This document shows, piece after piece, positions 29,063-39,406 of a stretch of 64,000 nt of DNA; position 1 is the stretch's first letter, and each line of letters opens with the position of its first letter. The translations under genes and the position numbers were made by a program. Under the pieces are notes generated by a model, which did no database searches, was not told the origin of the DNA, and saw only the letters and a program-made list of their open reading frames with translations. This DNA is from a virus: the IMG/VR virus record IMGVR_UViG_3300027977_000009; one strand, 5' to 3'.

Positions 29063-29680
29063 TTAGGATGATTTCTTTTCTAATTTGTAGGTTTTACCAA
29101 TGACATTGGGAAACATCAGATGAATGTAGGTTAACATAGCTGGGTCGTTATAATCAATATAGTAATGATCATAAATCCAAATGTATTTGTATCCCCAACT
29201 GCTTAGGGGATACAAACATCGAAGAAAAGGATGATTCGGGCGTAACCCATCAGTTCGTTCTAGATATTCTACAAACGCTGGCCTAAACTCAGCTTCTACC
29301 CTTTTTGTCTTAAGATAGGACCTAAACTTAGCAGGAGGAGTATTCTTAAATAGTTTTACGCCATGTGTCACAATAGCTTCAGTTATGGGGCCGGCATTAG
29401 CCAGTAATTGAAATTGCTCAACCAGTGCTAAATCGTTGCTAAAGAAGGTGATACGGTCCCCTTCTAGCCTGAACTTATTATTCTCTCGATGCAAAGCAAG
29501 GAATATACTGATTTTTTCCCGATCAGTATATGATGTTGTATGCATCTCTGGCAGACTGATGAGGTTTCCCAGCTGTATACTTTCTTGACCTCTGGGTGTC
29601 CGTACACTAACTCTATACTTAAATTTATTGTAGTAAAGGATAGTCCGATCTTCAGCTTTGAATTTCAATGATGCCGTCAT
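29063..29680 (-). CDS. hypothetical protein
   Basis: start MTASLKF with AGGA SD. Confidence 0.6.
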   Translation of the reverse strand: MTASLKFKAEDRTILYYNKFKYRVSVRTPRGQESIQLGNLISLPEMHTTSYTDREKISIFLALHRENNKFRLEGDRITFFSNDLALVEQFQLLANAGPITEAIVTHGVKLFKNTPPAKFRSYLKTKRVEAEFRPAFVEYLERTDGLRPNHPFLRCLYPLSSWGYKYIWIYDHYYIDYNDPAMLTYIHLMFPNVIGKTYKLEKKSS

Positions 29681-30860
29681 GGCCAATCCTTGCGTTTTGC
29701 TTTTGAGTAATTTGGAAAACAATCTCGTCATTTTCTAAAACTGCCATGATACTTGAATTCGCAATGCGCTCAAAGAGAATCTTCTTTGAGAGGGGAACGC
29801 GAATCAGTTCATCGATCTTGCGAGCGAGCGGGCGGGCTCCCATCTTACTATCGTATCCTTTAGCAGCTAGGTAGTCAACTACCGATTCGCTCAAATTAAG
29901 AGTGATATTGTGCTTTTCGAGCAAGGGCTTCTTGACCTCGTCGAGGAACTTGATAACGATCTTCTTGATAGCAAGCGTATCCAACTTGTTGAACTTACAA
30001 ATCATATCAAGACGATTGCGGAACTCAGGTTTGAAGAACTGCTTGAGTGCTTTCTCGTCTTCATCGGTTTTTTCTAACATACCGAAGCCAATGTTATTAC
30101 GCTCATTGTCTGCTGAACCAAGATTAGAGGTCATAATAATAATAGTGTTCTTGCATGAGACTTCCTTACCGTTAGAACCGGTGATGCGTCCCTCATCCAA
30201 AATCTGCAAGAAGATGTTGAAGATATCGGGGTGAGCCTTTTCAACTTCGTCGAATAGCATAATCGAATGAGGGTTCTTGCTCAAGTCTGAAATCAAACGT
30301 CCACCCTGCACCTGTGAATCGCTGAAGCCTACATATCCCGGGGGAGGACCAATCAAGCCACTTACGCTGTGCTTCTCTCCGTATTCCGACATGTCATACT
30401 TGAGAAGCGGCATCTCCAAATTCTTAGAGAGCAGCTTAGCAAGCTCAGTATTATGATGAATAAAACCATTTGAAGTTTGATACAGGTGAGAATCCGATAC
30501 TACACTAAGATCATAAAATAACGTATCGTCAATTGGAACAACATCCAGAACAGAAACCTCGGACCCATTTTGCTTGCAAATTATATCTCCAGTCTGCAAT
30601 GAATCAAAATACAGACATTCCTCACCATCGTGAATTAGGTGTTTATCGGCAGCAGAAATCGTGTCTCCTGAATCAAAGGTTATTTTTCTACCCGTAGTTT
30701 CTTTGGTAATAGCAGCATTCACTTCTACCCAATTGTCATTCTCATCTTTGATTTGAATTTCGGAGTTTAAAAATTGCTCATGTTCAGGTACGAATGTGGT
30801 CTTTTCATAAAGACTAATGAGGTTGAAGAGTTTTGCGATAGGTAGAGTGATTTCTTTCAT
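29652..30860 (-). CDS. clpA: ClpA-like ATPase C-terminal part preceded by 137-aa C-intein (30450-30860)
   Basis: FYDLSV..SNGFIHHN|TELAK, DMSEY, LIG.PPGYVG, LFDEVEKAHP, FKPEFRNRLD, GARPL. Confidence 0.92.
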   Translation of the reverse strand: MKEITLPIAKLFNLISLYEKTTFVPEHEQFLNSEIQIKDENDNWVEVNAAITKETTGRKITFDSGDTISAADKHLIHDGEECLYFDSLQTGDIICKQNGSEVSVLDVVPIDDTLFYDLSVVSDSHLYQTSNGFIHHNTELAKLLSKNLEMPLLKYDMSEYGEKHSVSGLIGPPPGYVGFSDSQVQGGRLISDLSKNPHSIMLFDEVEKAHPDIFNIFLQILDEGRITGSNGKEVSCKNTIIIMTSNLGSADNERNNIGFGMLEKTDEDEKALKQFFKPEFRNRLDMICKFNKLDTLAIKKIVIKFLDEVKKPLLEKHNITLNLSESVVDYLAAKGYDSKMGARPLARKIDELIRVPLSKKILFERIANSSIMAVLENDEIVFQITQKQNARIGHDGIIEIQS

Positions 30861-30986
30861 ATAATTCCCTTTGTGTTAGTGACAGTGTATTTAATATAAT
30901 ACTATAATACTGTGTTTTTCATAAAAAGTAAAGCTGTTTGTTGATTTTCTTGCCCAAATGATAAATAAACATAGGAGCAACATGTT

Positions 30987-32069
30987 ATGGCAAGACGTTT
31001 AGAAACAAGACTCGAAGGCAGCAAGCCCTTTAAGGACAGAATCGGAAGACCATTAATTTCCGTTGAAATTGAAAGATTATATGAATTTCATCATAGAGTA
31101 GGCTACACTCCGGACAGGATACATGCGATAGTCCAATTTATTTTATTAGGATACGATGATTGGAGTAGTATTTGGAATAAATTAAAGACCTTGCACAACG
31201 GTACATTAGAATACCAAACTCTACTTTACGGAGATGTTATGGGCAAAACCAAATATTTGGAACTTAACAAGAAAAAAACTAAAGGATTTGACCATTCGTC
31301 TGATGCTCAAAGAGAGAAGGGAAAAAAATCAGCCAAGCTATCAAAAGGAAATAAAGAATGGAGTGTGCGCGGGTTGGGGTATTGGATCAAAAAAGGATAC
31401 ACAAAAGACGAATCATTAGAGAAAGTGAAGGCAATACAAATAACTAATTGCTTAGATAGATACATAAAAAAATACGGTATTGATGAGGGGACCCAAAAGT
31501 TTAATGATAGGAAGAATACTTGGAAAAAAACGATGAACTCTTCGATTATTGGCAAAAAAAGAAGTCTGGGACTATGGAGATACGTAGAAAGATACGGTGA
31601 AGCTGAAGGAGAGAAAAAATATATCGAAATGCGTATTAAAAGAAATTCTAAATGCAGTATAGGAAGAGCGTCTGCCGAGTCGCTAGATGCACTTTCCCCA
31701 ATCATACGTATCTTAGATCAAAATGGTATTAATTACTATATAGGAATAGAAGGAAATAAAGAATGGTTCATATTCAATAAAAAAGAAAAAAAGATGTTTT
31801 TCTATGATTTAACTATACCTTCATTGGGGATAATAGTAGAATATCACGGTGAGGGATTTCATCCTAATCCAAACTGGGAAGAGAAGATGCTAACTGAGTG
31901 GAGACAAGTTAGAACAGGAAAAGGCGCTAAAGAAGTGATGGACTATACTAAAATGAAAAATCTTACTGCAATAGAAAACAGATGGACCGTATTTGAAATC
32001 TTCTCGTCAGAGGTTTCAAATACGGTCCCCAGGATAAAAGACGTTATACTGAAATCAATCCGTTCTTAA
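30987..32069 (+). mobile_element. Free-standing Vsr-like endonuclease between clpA halves, inverted
   Basis: KYGxxEG repeats, FYDL..IIVEYHGEGFHPNP; own late promoter ATAAATA at 30961 and SD. Confidence 0.78.
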
Positions 32070-33600
32070 CAGCAAAATTGTACATATCATCGGTAATTTT
32101 TACAGTAACTTCTTGCTCACCCGCCAAACACTTACCCGTACCTGTAGGTCCCAAGAACAAGAAACTTGCGATGGGCTTCTTATCATTGCCGATACCAGCG
32201 AATGATACATAAACCCGTTCAAGAACTTTATCTACTGTCTCGTCTTGACCATAAAGCTTATCCTTGACGTTTGTGTCAAGCTGATGAATACGATCAAGGT
32301 TGTCGCCGGACATTTTGTCCGCAGGGACCCCAGTAAACTTTTCAACTTGATCATAGATCAACTGTTTGGTGATGACTGCATTCTTGTTTTCAAGCACCCG
32401 CTGCTTTGCACAAGCTGCATCTAGCAAGTCAATCGACTTGTCGGGGTTCTTGCGGTCGTGAATATAACGATCTGCACTTTCGACTGCTGCTTCGATTGCC
32501 TCTTCGCTAATACTAACGTTATGGAAATCATTCAGACGGGTAGAAAGTCCACGCAGGATTCGAACAGTAGAATCATGTGAAGGTTCATCGATAGAAACAC
32601 GATAGAATCGGCGCATCAACGCTCGATCCTTTTCGAATGATTCGTAGTATTCTTCCCAAGTCGTAGATGCGATTACCTTAAGGTTGCCCTTAGTGATAGC
32701 GGGCTTGATCATGTTAGAAAAGTCAACAGCTCCAGAAGTCGAGCCGCCGGCACCCTGCATAGTATGTGCTTCGTCGATGAATAGAATAGCCTTCTTCTTG
32801 ACAGTAAGTGCCTGCAGTACGTGCTTTACCTTTTCTTCGAAGTCACCTCGATATTTAGATCCAGCAAGCAACGTGCCGATTTCAAGCGAGTAAAGTTCAT
32901 GGTCTAGCAAGAAGTCTGGAACTTCTTCATTGACGATTGCATTTGCGATACCCTCAGCGATAGCAGTCTTCCCGACGCCAGGGTCTCCCACCATCAATAC
33001 GTTAGCTTTGAATCGCTTTGCCAAAACGTTGATGATGTCATCGATCTCTTTAGTGCGACCGATCACTGGTTCTAGTTTTTCATTTCGTGCAAGCTGAGTT
33101 AGATTGATAGTATATTCGTCAAGAATCTCGTCAGCCTGGACATCACTGATGCCGCTAGCATACTCGCCGCCGCGATAGTTCTTTTGCCAATGAGCGAGAA
33201 ACTCTGCCTTACCGATGCCGTACTTGAGCAGGAAGTAATGTCCATGCGAATTGCCTTCACTAGCGATACTCATGAACAGATCAATCGTAGCCATCTGTCG
33301 GCGGCCAGTGAACAAGACCTGAGTAACAGAACGGTTCATGACGCGTTCGAGTGTATTAGTACGCTTTGGCTGGCTGGCTGGGTCTTTAGATTCAATCGCG
33401 TGCAGGCCGTTAAGATACGCTTCGACTTCAGTGATTAGCATATCTGTGTCGGCATTAAAGCTGTTCAAACACTTCCTAAAAGGAGAGTGAGTAATCAATG
33501 CAAGAAGCAAATGTTCTACTGTGCAATATTCATGGTTGCGTTGCTTAGCAGCTTCAATTGCTCGTTCAATGATATTTTCAATTTCGGGCGAGGTCTGAAT
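32044..33600 (-). CDS. clpA: ClpA-like ATPase N-terminal part ending in 28-aa N-intein (32044-32130); probable ATT start
   Basis: HEY..VEHLLLAL, GDPGVGKT, LFIDEAH, FEKDRALMRRF, PDKSIDLLD, FLGPTGTGK|CLAGEQ. Confidence 0.92.
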   Translation of the reverse strand: MQTSPEIENIIERAIEAAKQRNHEYCTVEHLLLALITHSPFRKCLNSFNADTDMLITEVEAYLNGLHAIESKDPASQPKRTNTLERVMNRSVTQVLFTGRRQMATIDLFMSIASEGNSHGHYFLLKYGIGKAEFLAHWQKNYRGGEYASGISDVQADEILDEYTINLTQLARNEKLEPVIGRTKEIDDIINVLAKRFKANVLMVGDPGVGKTAIAEGIANAIVNEEVPDFLLDHELYSLEIGTLLAGSKYRGDFEEKVKHVLQALTVKKKAILFIDEAHTMQGAGGSTSGAVDFSNMIKPAITKGNLKVIASTTWEEYYESFEKDRALMRRFYRVSIDEPSHDSTVRILRGLSTRLNDFHNVSISEEAIEAAVESADRYIHDRKNPDKSIDLLDAACAKQRVLENKNAVITKQLIYDQVEKFTGVPADKMSGDNLDRIHQLDTNVKDKLYGQDETVDKVLERVYVSFAGIGNDKKPIASFLFLGPTGTGKCLAGEQEVTVKITDDMYNFAVKNGLISV

Positions 33601-33620
33601 GGTACTTTTCCTTTACAAAA

Positions 33621-34424
33621 CTATTTATTTTTACTACGATTGATACTATCAATTATATCATTGTCTATATTATCAGGGATGTATGGCTTGATCAATAGTA
33701 TTTGGTCACCCATCGTGCCATCACGAGAGGGCATACCATAACCAGGTACCCTAATAACCTGAGCAGGTTGTGTATTGGGTTTAATTACAACCTCTATTGT
33801 TTTTCCATTAATGGTTTGAATTGGAACTTTAGCGCCCACAATCAAGTCTAGTACAGAGATAGTCAGTTGCGAATATAGATCACTGCCTTTCCGTTCATAT
33901 CTATGATCAGGAGTGATGGCGAACTCAACAATTAGTGTTACATTGTTGATGATATTATCATAGCGCATCGTGTCACCGTTGTCAACACCAGGAGGAATTT
34001 TTATGTTGATGACTTTCACCCCTTGGGGGGTACTAAGCTGTATTATACTCTCGGTTCCAGTATATGCATCAACCAATGATACACCAAGACGAGTGCGCAT
34101 CACTTGTTGCTGCTGTGCGAATGGGTTAGGTCTGTTTCCAAAAATCTGTCCGAACAAATTTTCTAGATCAAACGCATTACCATATACTGAGAATTCTTCT
34201 CCCCCACTACCGAATGGATTATGTTGCTGTCTAGATTGAGGGCTGTCGTATCGTAAACGCTTATCGGTATCACTTAATATTTCGTATGCATTACTGATTT
34301 CTTGAAACTTATTAATGTCGCCGCCGCGATCAGGATGATGCTGCATCGCAAGTTTACGAAATGCACTTTTAATTTCTTCCTGAGTAGCGGTGCGAGATAC
34401 CCCGAGAGTAGTGTAATGATCCAT
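33621..34424 (-). CDS. dnaJ: DnaJ/CbpA-type co-chaperone (no Zn finger)
   Basis: J domain HHPDRGG, AYEILSD; C-terminal GYGMP..GD. Confidence 0.92.
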   Translation of the reverse strand: MDHYTTLGVSRTATQEEIKSAFRKLAMQHHPDRGGDINKFQEISNAYEILSDTDKRLRYDSPQSRQQHNPFGSGGEEFSVYGNAFDLENLFGQIFGNRPNPFAQQQQVMRTRLGVSLVDAYTGTESIIQLSTPQGVKVINIKIPPGVDNGDTMRYDNIINNVTLIVEFAITPDHRYERKGSDLYSQLTISVLDLIVGAKVPIQTINGKTIEVVIKPNTQPAQVIRVPGYGMPSRDGTMGDQILLIKPYIPDNIDNDIIDSINRSKNK

Positions 34425-34462
34425 TATTAAATAATAGCAGATTAGCTAATAGATGTCAATAA

Positions 34463-34960
34463 TTACTTTACACTACCTACTTCGGTATTTATGTTAGTTG
34501 CACCCTCAATCTTTTCCTTAGTGCGACCATAAGCAGCGATACCGAGTACGGCGCCCATCGCGATGTGGAATAGACCAGCACCCTGTAGTGAGATTGGTTG
34601 CCATGGAGTTGTTACGCTACCGTTTGTTGCAGCCTGTAAGATAGACCAAGCAATTGGAAACAGAATGAAGTCGGTAACACAGACTGCCATGTACACCCAT
34701 CCCATTGCGGGGCGCCATTTCTTGTTGACCCAATCTTCATTGTCATTCTTAACTAAAACATCTGCGTTTTGGGCAGCATTGTTGCCGGCTTGAGTTAATG
34801 CGGCGTTATTCAGGTTCAACATCTGATTTGCTTGCTCATTGCGTTGCTGTATTAGTCCAAAGAATTCTTTGTCATTTACCATTGAATCATAATGATTATC
34901 ATTACGAGCAATGATATCTAACCCTTCTCCTACTTCTTTATTTGGTAACAAGTTAATCAT
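34463..34960 (-). CDS. holin-like membrane protein (3TM GTA-holin family-like)
   Basis: KWRPAMGWVY, hydrophobic segments, GAVLGIAAYGRTKEK. Confidence 0.7.
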   Translation of the reverse strand: MINLLPNKEVGEGLDIIARNDNHYDSMVNDKEFFGLIQQRNEQANQMLNLNNAALTQAGNNAAQNADVLVKNDNEDWVNKKWRPAMGWVYMAVCVTDFILFPIAWSILQAATNGSVTTPWQPISLQGAGLFHIAMGAVLGIAAYGRTKEKIEGATNINTEVGSVK

Positions 34961-34961
34961 A

Positions 34962-35537
34962 TCACATTCCTGCCATTGCTTTTAGATTTTTAATGTAAGT
35001 ATCTTCTTCGTATGCTAGACGGGTGGATTCTAATCCCGCAAGGTTTCTAACTTCATTCAATTCAGCGGTTTCGGCGGCGGCTTCGGCTTCAGTTTCGGTC
35101 CTAGCTGCGTATTCATTTGGATTCAGAATCATGTTTTGACGGATGATTTCTTCATCAGCATCAAAATCGGCGCCTTCGATCTCAACGGTCCAGTCTCTCA
35201 TCTTGATTCCAGTTAGTGGCTCTAACTCAGAAAGTAAACGAATGATTCTGCTTGGAACCTTTGATCTACGTTCGATTTCGACAAATACGAGATATTCACC
35301 GGGCTCGATTTCACCATCACTAACACTCGCGTCTAGTACGAACTCATAGCCTCTTTCGAACCAAGACACTAGGTCTTCGGCTGCGAGTTTAGACTTAATA
35401 TTGAAAGTTAACGTAACAATATTCTTATCTTTACCCATTTTGGCTGCATATTCATCGACGGTTATCTTGGGTTCTATCTGTCCCACCATATCCATATAGT
35501 CTAGGCTTTCATTTAGACGTATCATATTTTGCCTCAA
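34962..35537 (-). CDS. hypothetical protein
   Basis: acidic; RLNE near N-terminus; LAGL/MAGM motifs. Confidence 0.65.
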   Translation of the reverse strand: MRQNMIRLNESLDYMDMVGQIEPKITVDEYAAKMGKDKNIVTLTFNIKSKLAAEDLVSWFERGYEFVLDASVSDGEIEPGEYLVFVEIERRSKVPSRIIRLLSELEPLTGIKMRDWTVEIEGADFDADEEIIRQNMILNPNEYAARTETEAEAAAETAELNEVRNLAGLESTRLAYEEDTYIKNLKAMAGM

Positions 35538-36137
35538 TTATATCTGCGTCGACTGGAATATAGCAGAAGACTGTGCTTGGTCTGCTTGAGTAGATGGACC
35601 ACTATTTTCAGATTTGCCAGCTGCGGTATCTAAGTCTTCGTTGTAAGCATCTTCGATATCTGATAGATCGATAGTAGTATCAGCGAGATCGATAGTACCT
35701 TCTTTAATGTCATCCATAAGTTCAAGTGGAACCTGAATCTCAACGAACCAGACCTTACGTTTATTCATCTTTGGATAGCGGGTACCTGGTACAAAATCTT
35801 CATAATCTTTTACTTCTACGGGAACGTTTATTTCGCTCTTGCCAAAGGTAACTTTACAGCCAATATTAGTAAGTCTCCGTCCACCTCTTGGGTCAGGCAT
35901 TAACTTGTGAGGCCACATAAAGATGCACTTAACAGAATATCTACCAAGTACGGGACCTTGAACAAGTTCACCGACAATCCAATTTTTGAACGCGTACACA
36001 TCAGCTTCATCCAACACTCTTTCGAAATCTAATAGAGTACTCATGGAACCGTCGCTCATGTAAACATTCTTGATGGTATCAACAATGCTTACAAAATCAA
36101 TGTCATTAAAGAAGGTGTCTGCTGGTAAACTTTTCAT
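35538..36137 (-). CDS. hypothetical protein
   Basis: ORF with late promoter. Confidence 0.65.
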   Translation of the reverse strand: MKSLPADTFFNDIDFVSIVDTIKNVYMSDGSMSTLLDFERVLDEADVYAFKNWIVGELVQGPVLGRYSVKCIFMWPHKLMPDPRGGRRLTNIGCKVTFGKSEINVPVEVKDYEDFVPGTRYPKMNKRKVWFVEIQVPLELMDDIKEGTIDLADTTIDLSDIEDAYNEDLDTAAGKSENSGPSTQADQAQSSAIFQSTQI

Positions 36138-36314
36138 ACACGTATTTATCTTTTTGGATTATTTACCGTAATTTTGGGTGTTCTTCCTGATATCAGATTA
36201 TTATTTATCATCTAAAACTAATTTGCACTTGCTCATAGTTTACTCAGTTGAAGTGTTCTAAGTAACTTTGAGAGAAGAGTTCACCTCTCATGTATCAGTC
36301 ATTAGGAGACACAT

Positions 36315-37088
36315 GTGACCAAACGCAAAACTAGCGCATTGAGACAAAAAGATACTAAATCACACAGATATGGAGCCGAAAGTAAACCACTTGACACTAG
36401 AGAATCAAAAACCATCGACTTTAATCAAACCCTGCCCCGTAGGGCCAAAAAGCCCATCGAATTAATACCTCAGAGTATAAATCAGGAAAAATACATCATC
36501 GCATTGACCGACCCTGAAACCGATATCGTTATGGTCAGTGGTCCTGCGGGAACAGGCAAGACATATCTAGCAATGCTAGCTGCTATAAAAGCCATGAGAC
36601 AAGGAGATTGCGAAAAAATACTGTTGACCAGACCTGCTGTTGCGGTTGACGATGAGAAGCACGGGTTCTTGCCCGGCGACTTAAATGACAAGATGGAACC
36701 CTGGGTCAGGCCTTTGTTCGACGTACTAAGAGAGTTCTATACTACAAAGGAACTCGATTATATGGTCGAAGAACAAGTAATTGAAGTTACCCCACTCGCC
36801 TTCTGTAGAGGGCGCAACTTTAAACATTGTTATATTATTTTAGACGAAGGACAGAATGCAACACCCAACCAGATGAAAATGCTAATGACTAGAATTGGTG
36901 AGGGCAGTAAGATAGTCATTACTGGTGATGTAGAGCAAACTGATCGTAGAACAACCGATAATGGGTTATTAGACTTAAAAAATAGGATTCAGCAACACAA
37001 TGTCCCGGGCTTCTCAGCCTGTGAATTTGATACACGAGATATTAGGAGACATAAAATCATTGAACATGTTTTGGAACTGTACTCTTAA
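36315..37088 (+). CDS. phoH: PhoH-like ATPase
   Basis: GPAGTGKT, LTRPAV, GFLPG, RGRNF, ILDEGQN, TRIGEGSK, GDVEQTD, RH. Confidence 0.95.
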   Translation: MTKRKTSALRQKDTKSHRYGAESKPLDTRESKTIDFNQTLPRRAKKPIELIPQSINQEKYIIALTDPETDIVMVSGPAGTGKTYLAMLAAIKAMRQGDCEKILLTRPAVAVDDEKHGFLPGDLNDKMEPWVRPLFDVLREFYTTKELDYMVEEQVIEVTPLAFCRGRNFKHCYIILDEGQNATPNQMKMLMTRIGEGSKIVITGDVEQTDRRTTDNGLLDLKNRIQQHNVPGFSACEFDTRDIRRHKIIEHVLELYS

Positions 37089-37113
37089 AGAGCAACTGCC
37101 CTATTAAGACAAT

Positions 37114-37142
37114 TAACTAGGAGAGTTAACCTCTCCTAGTTA
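37114..37142. terminator. hairpin between convergent genes (bidirectional terminator)
   Basis: TAACTAGGAGAG-TTAAC-CTCTCCTAGTTA 12-bp stem. Confidence 0.8.
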
Positions 37143-37149
37143 TATGTTT

Positions 37150-37470
37150 TTACTTGCGTCTTGGAGCTGGTCTAGTAGTTTTAGGCTCCAATGTTTTTTT
37201 TAGCCGCTCTCTATTCTTAGTAATAGGAGCTTCATTTTCCAACTGAACAATCAAGTTAGGATAAATCTTAAGATAGTATTCGCGCATCTTGTCGAAGGTA
37301 GTATCATGTTCTTTACCTTCAATGATACACTTGACAATCTTTTTTTCAGCAAAATCTAGAATAACGTTGTTACTGGCGAGGTCTGAGTCACGTACTCGTT
37401 GCGAGATTGATACCATCTCATCAATCTGCCCATTTACCTTCCGCAAAAAACTGATTAAAAGGTATCTCAA
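37150..37470 (-). CDS. hypothetical protein
   Basis: TTG start overlapping upstream stop. Confidence 0.6.
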   Translation of the reverse strand: MRYLLISFLRKVNGQIDEMVSISQRVRDSDLASNNVILDFAEKKIVKCIIEGKEHDTTFDKMREYYLKIYPNLIVQLENEAPITKNRERLKKTLEPKTTRPAPRRK

Positions 37471-37778
37471 TAATATTTCTCCACTTCTTCTGGATTATCA
37501 TAGTTTACATAACGATCTGCTTCGTCATTCCAATGTCGATTGTCAACAAATGAGACATAGATGAATCTACGAAGTAACCCGATATCAAATACAAGCCCGG
37601 CATGTGACTCTCGAATAGAATATCTAAGACTTCCGCCGATGAGAAAATTACCCATCCTGCTGATTTGTATCTCTAATGTCTTGTTTTTAGTTATCGGCCA
37701 ACTCTTATAGAAATAATCCTTGCTATATTCAGGATCAAATTTGAACGGCCAATTTATGTATGCTGATAGATAAATCAT
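37467..37778 (-). CDS. hypothetical protein
   Basis: GGAG SD. Confidence 0.6.
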   Translation of the reverse strand: MIYLSAYINWPFKFDPEYSKDYFYKSWPITKNKTLEIQISRMGNFLIGGSLRYSIRESHAGLVFDIGLLRRFIYVSFVDNRHWNDEADRYVNYDNPEEVEKYY

Positions 37779-37814
37779 TCTTTCTCCATATAACCTGCTA
37801 TCTTGATCGTTATT

Positions 37815-38744
37815 TCAGCTAGAACAAAGCTCTGCTAACGAGGCCGCGACGGATATTTCCGGGATACCCACTAGTGGCAAGTTAGCTAATCCATTACGAA
37901 TAATGATGATTGCTGCGTCTTTTTGTTCAGGTGACTTCCCCCACAGATCAAGATTGTCATATAACCAGCGATATGTATCTTCAACCCTAGAAGGATACAA
38001 TGAGATATATTGCATAATTTGTTGACGACCTTCAAGAATCTTACCAGTCTTGAACAGATTAGTGGCGGCGATGAGAATCTCATCTTCACTGTTTCCGATA
38101 GACTGGGGTGCCTTCAATGTACCGGACTTAGAATTGTTCTGCAATTGATTGAGACACTTACGCAAATCTGGATATGCAGCACGAACGTATGTGTCGAGAG
38201 TATCTAGCTCAAAATCTACGTTCTCAGCAACCAATACTGTTGCTGCACGAGCGGTAAACTCATTCAGATCGGGCTTTGCGAGGTGAAACTTGAAACAACG
38301 AGATTCACGCAATGCAGGAATGATCTTGTGTTCATAGTTACAAGTCAGAATGAATCTAACTGACGAAGCGTATGCTTCCATATCGTTACGCAACGCAGCT
38401 TGGAACGCCGGAGTCGTATAGTCAGCTTCATCCAGTAACACGACTTTAAACTTGCCGAATGGCATTGTTTGAGCAAAGTTGTTAATCTTATCCTTGACGA
38501 TATCAACCCCGTTCTCGCGTGACGCATTGATCTCAAGGACATCATACTCTTCGATCCCCAGTTCGTGAATAAGAACTTTAGCAAGTGTAGTCTTGCCAGT
38601 ACCTGGATCTCCTGACAGTAAAAGATGAGGAATAGAGCCTTCTTCTATCCAACTCAATACCTGTTCTCGCTGACGATCATCTACGAACACGTAGTCATCG
38701 ACTGAGTTCGGGCGATAGCGTTCAACCCAAAGGATGTTTTTCAT
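37815..38744 (-). CDS. clamp loader ATPase subunit (gp44/RFC-like)
   Basis: LWVERYRP, GDPGTGKTT, EINAS, LLDEAD, FILTCNY, SRC, PDLR. Confidence 0.93.
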   Translation of the reverse strand: MKNILWVERYRPNSVDDYVFVDDRQREQVLSWIEEGSIPHLLLSGDPGTGKTTLAKVLIHELGIEEYDVLEINASRENGVDIVKDKINNFAQTMPFGKFKVVLLDEADYTTPAFQAALRNDMEAYASSVRFILTCNYEHKIIPALRESRCFKFHLAKPDLNEFTARAATVLVAENVDFELDTLDTYVRAAYPDLRKCLNQLQNNSKSGTLKAPQSIGNSEDEILIAATNLFKTGKILEGRQQIMQYISLYPSRVEDTYRWLYDNLDLWGKSPEQKDAAIIIIRNGLANLPLVGIPEISVAASLAELCSS

Positions 38745-38784
38745 ACTTGGTTTCTTTCGTTGTCATGTGATTTATTATAGTCAA

Positions 38785-38889
38785 TTACGTCGGAAAGTCA
38801 ATGTCGTTGATTGTTTTATATGCCCTATAAAAAAGATAGGCGGCGACCACGATTGCACCTAATGTCATAGGAATAATTTTCTTTTTCAT
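38785..38889 (-). CDS. 34-aa single-TM peptide not in ORF track
   Basis: MKKKIIPMTLGAIVVAAYLFYRAYKTINDIDFPT; TTGACT-N17-TAACAT promoter ends 6 nt before ATG. Confidence 0.55.
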   Translation of the reverse strand: MKKKIIPMTLGAIVVAAYLFYRAYKTINDIDFPT

Positions 38890-39038
38890 GATTCTATGTT
38901 ACTTGCTGTATATTGAAAAGTCAATAATGATCGTACCCATTATTTGGAAAATGATCAGAGATGCACCGACAATAATAATTGATTGACGAGGTCATCAACC
39001 CCTAGGCTTAATTTTCTCATCTCTGACTTAAAGTTATT

Positions 39039-39404
39039 CTAATACTCTTTGTCTGTCATCGTATAATCGTTGACGTATTCTTCACTTACTAATAAAATGT
39101 CATTGGGGTCTACCTTACGGATTACTTTCTCGCCTTCGTCGTCTTCGATGGTCTGACCACGACTCCAGCGACCGTGTGCTATCATAATATAATCGCCTAC
39201 TTTAACATCTTGTACGTCTGGGCCAACAGCATATACCTGGGCCCAACGGGGACGGATACCTGCACTTTTCATATCATCATCGAGAAGAATAAGTCCTCCC
39301 CTACTGATACGTTCTCTAAACTCCATGCCGCACACTAAAATAGTGTTTTTGATTGGATGTAGCTTACGTAATTTAGTTCTAGTTATGTTAACTTTTTCAG
39401 CCAT
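39039..39404 (-). CDS. groES: GroES-like co-chaperonin
   Basis: LHPI.N.ILV, SRGGLIL, VYAVGP..VKVGD, DILLV. Confidence 0.85.
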   Translation of the reverse strand: MAEKVNITRTKLRKLHPIKNTILVCGMEFRERISRGGLILLDDDMKSAGIRPRWAQVYAVGPDVQDVKVGDYIMIAHGRWSRGQTIEDDEGEKVIRKVDPNDILLVSEEYVNDYTMTDKEY

Positions 39405-39406
39405 GT

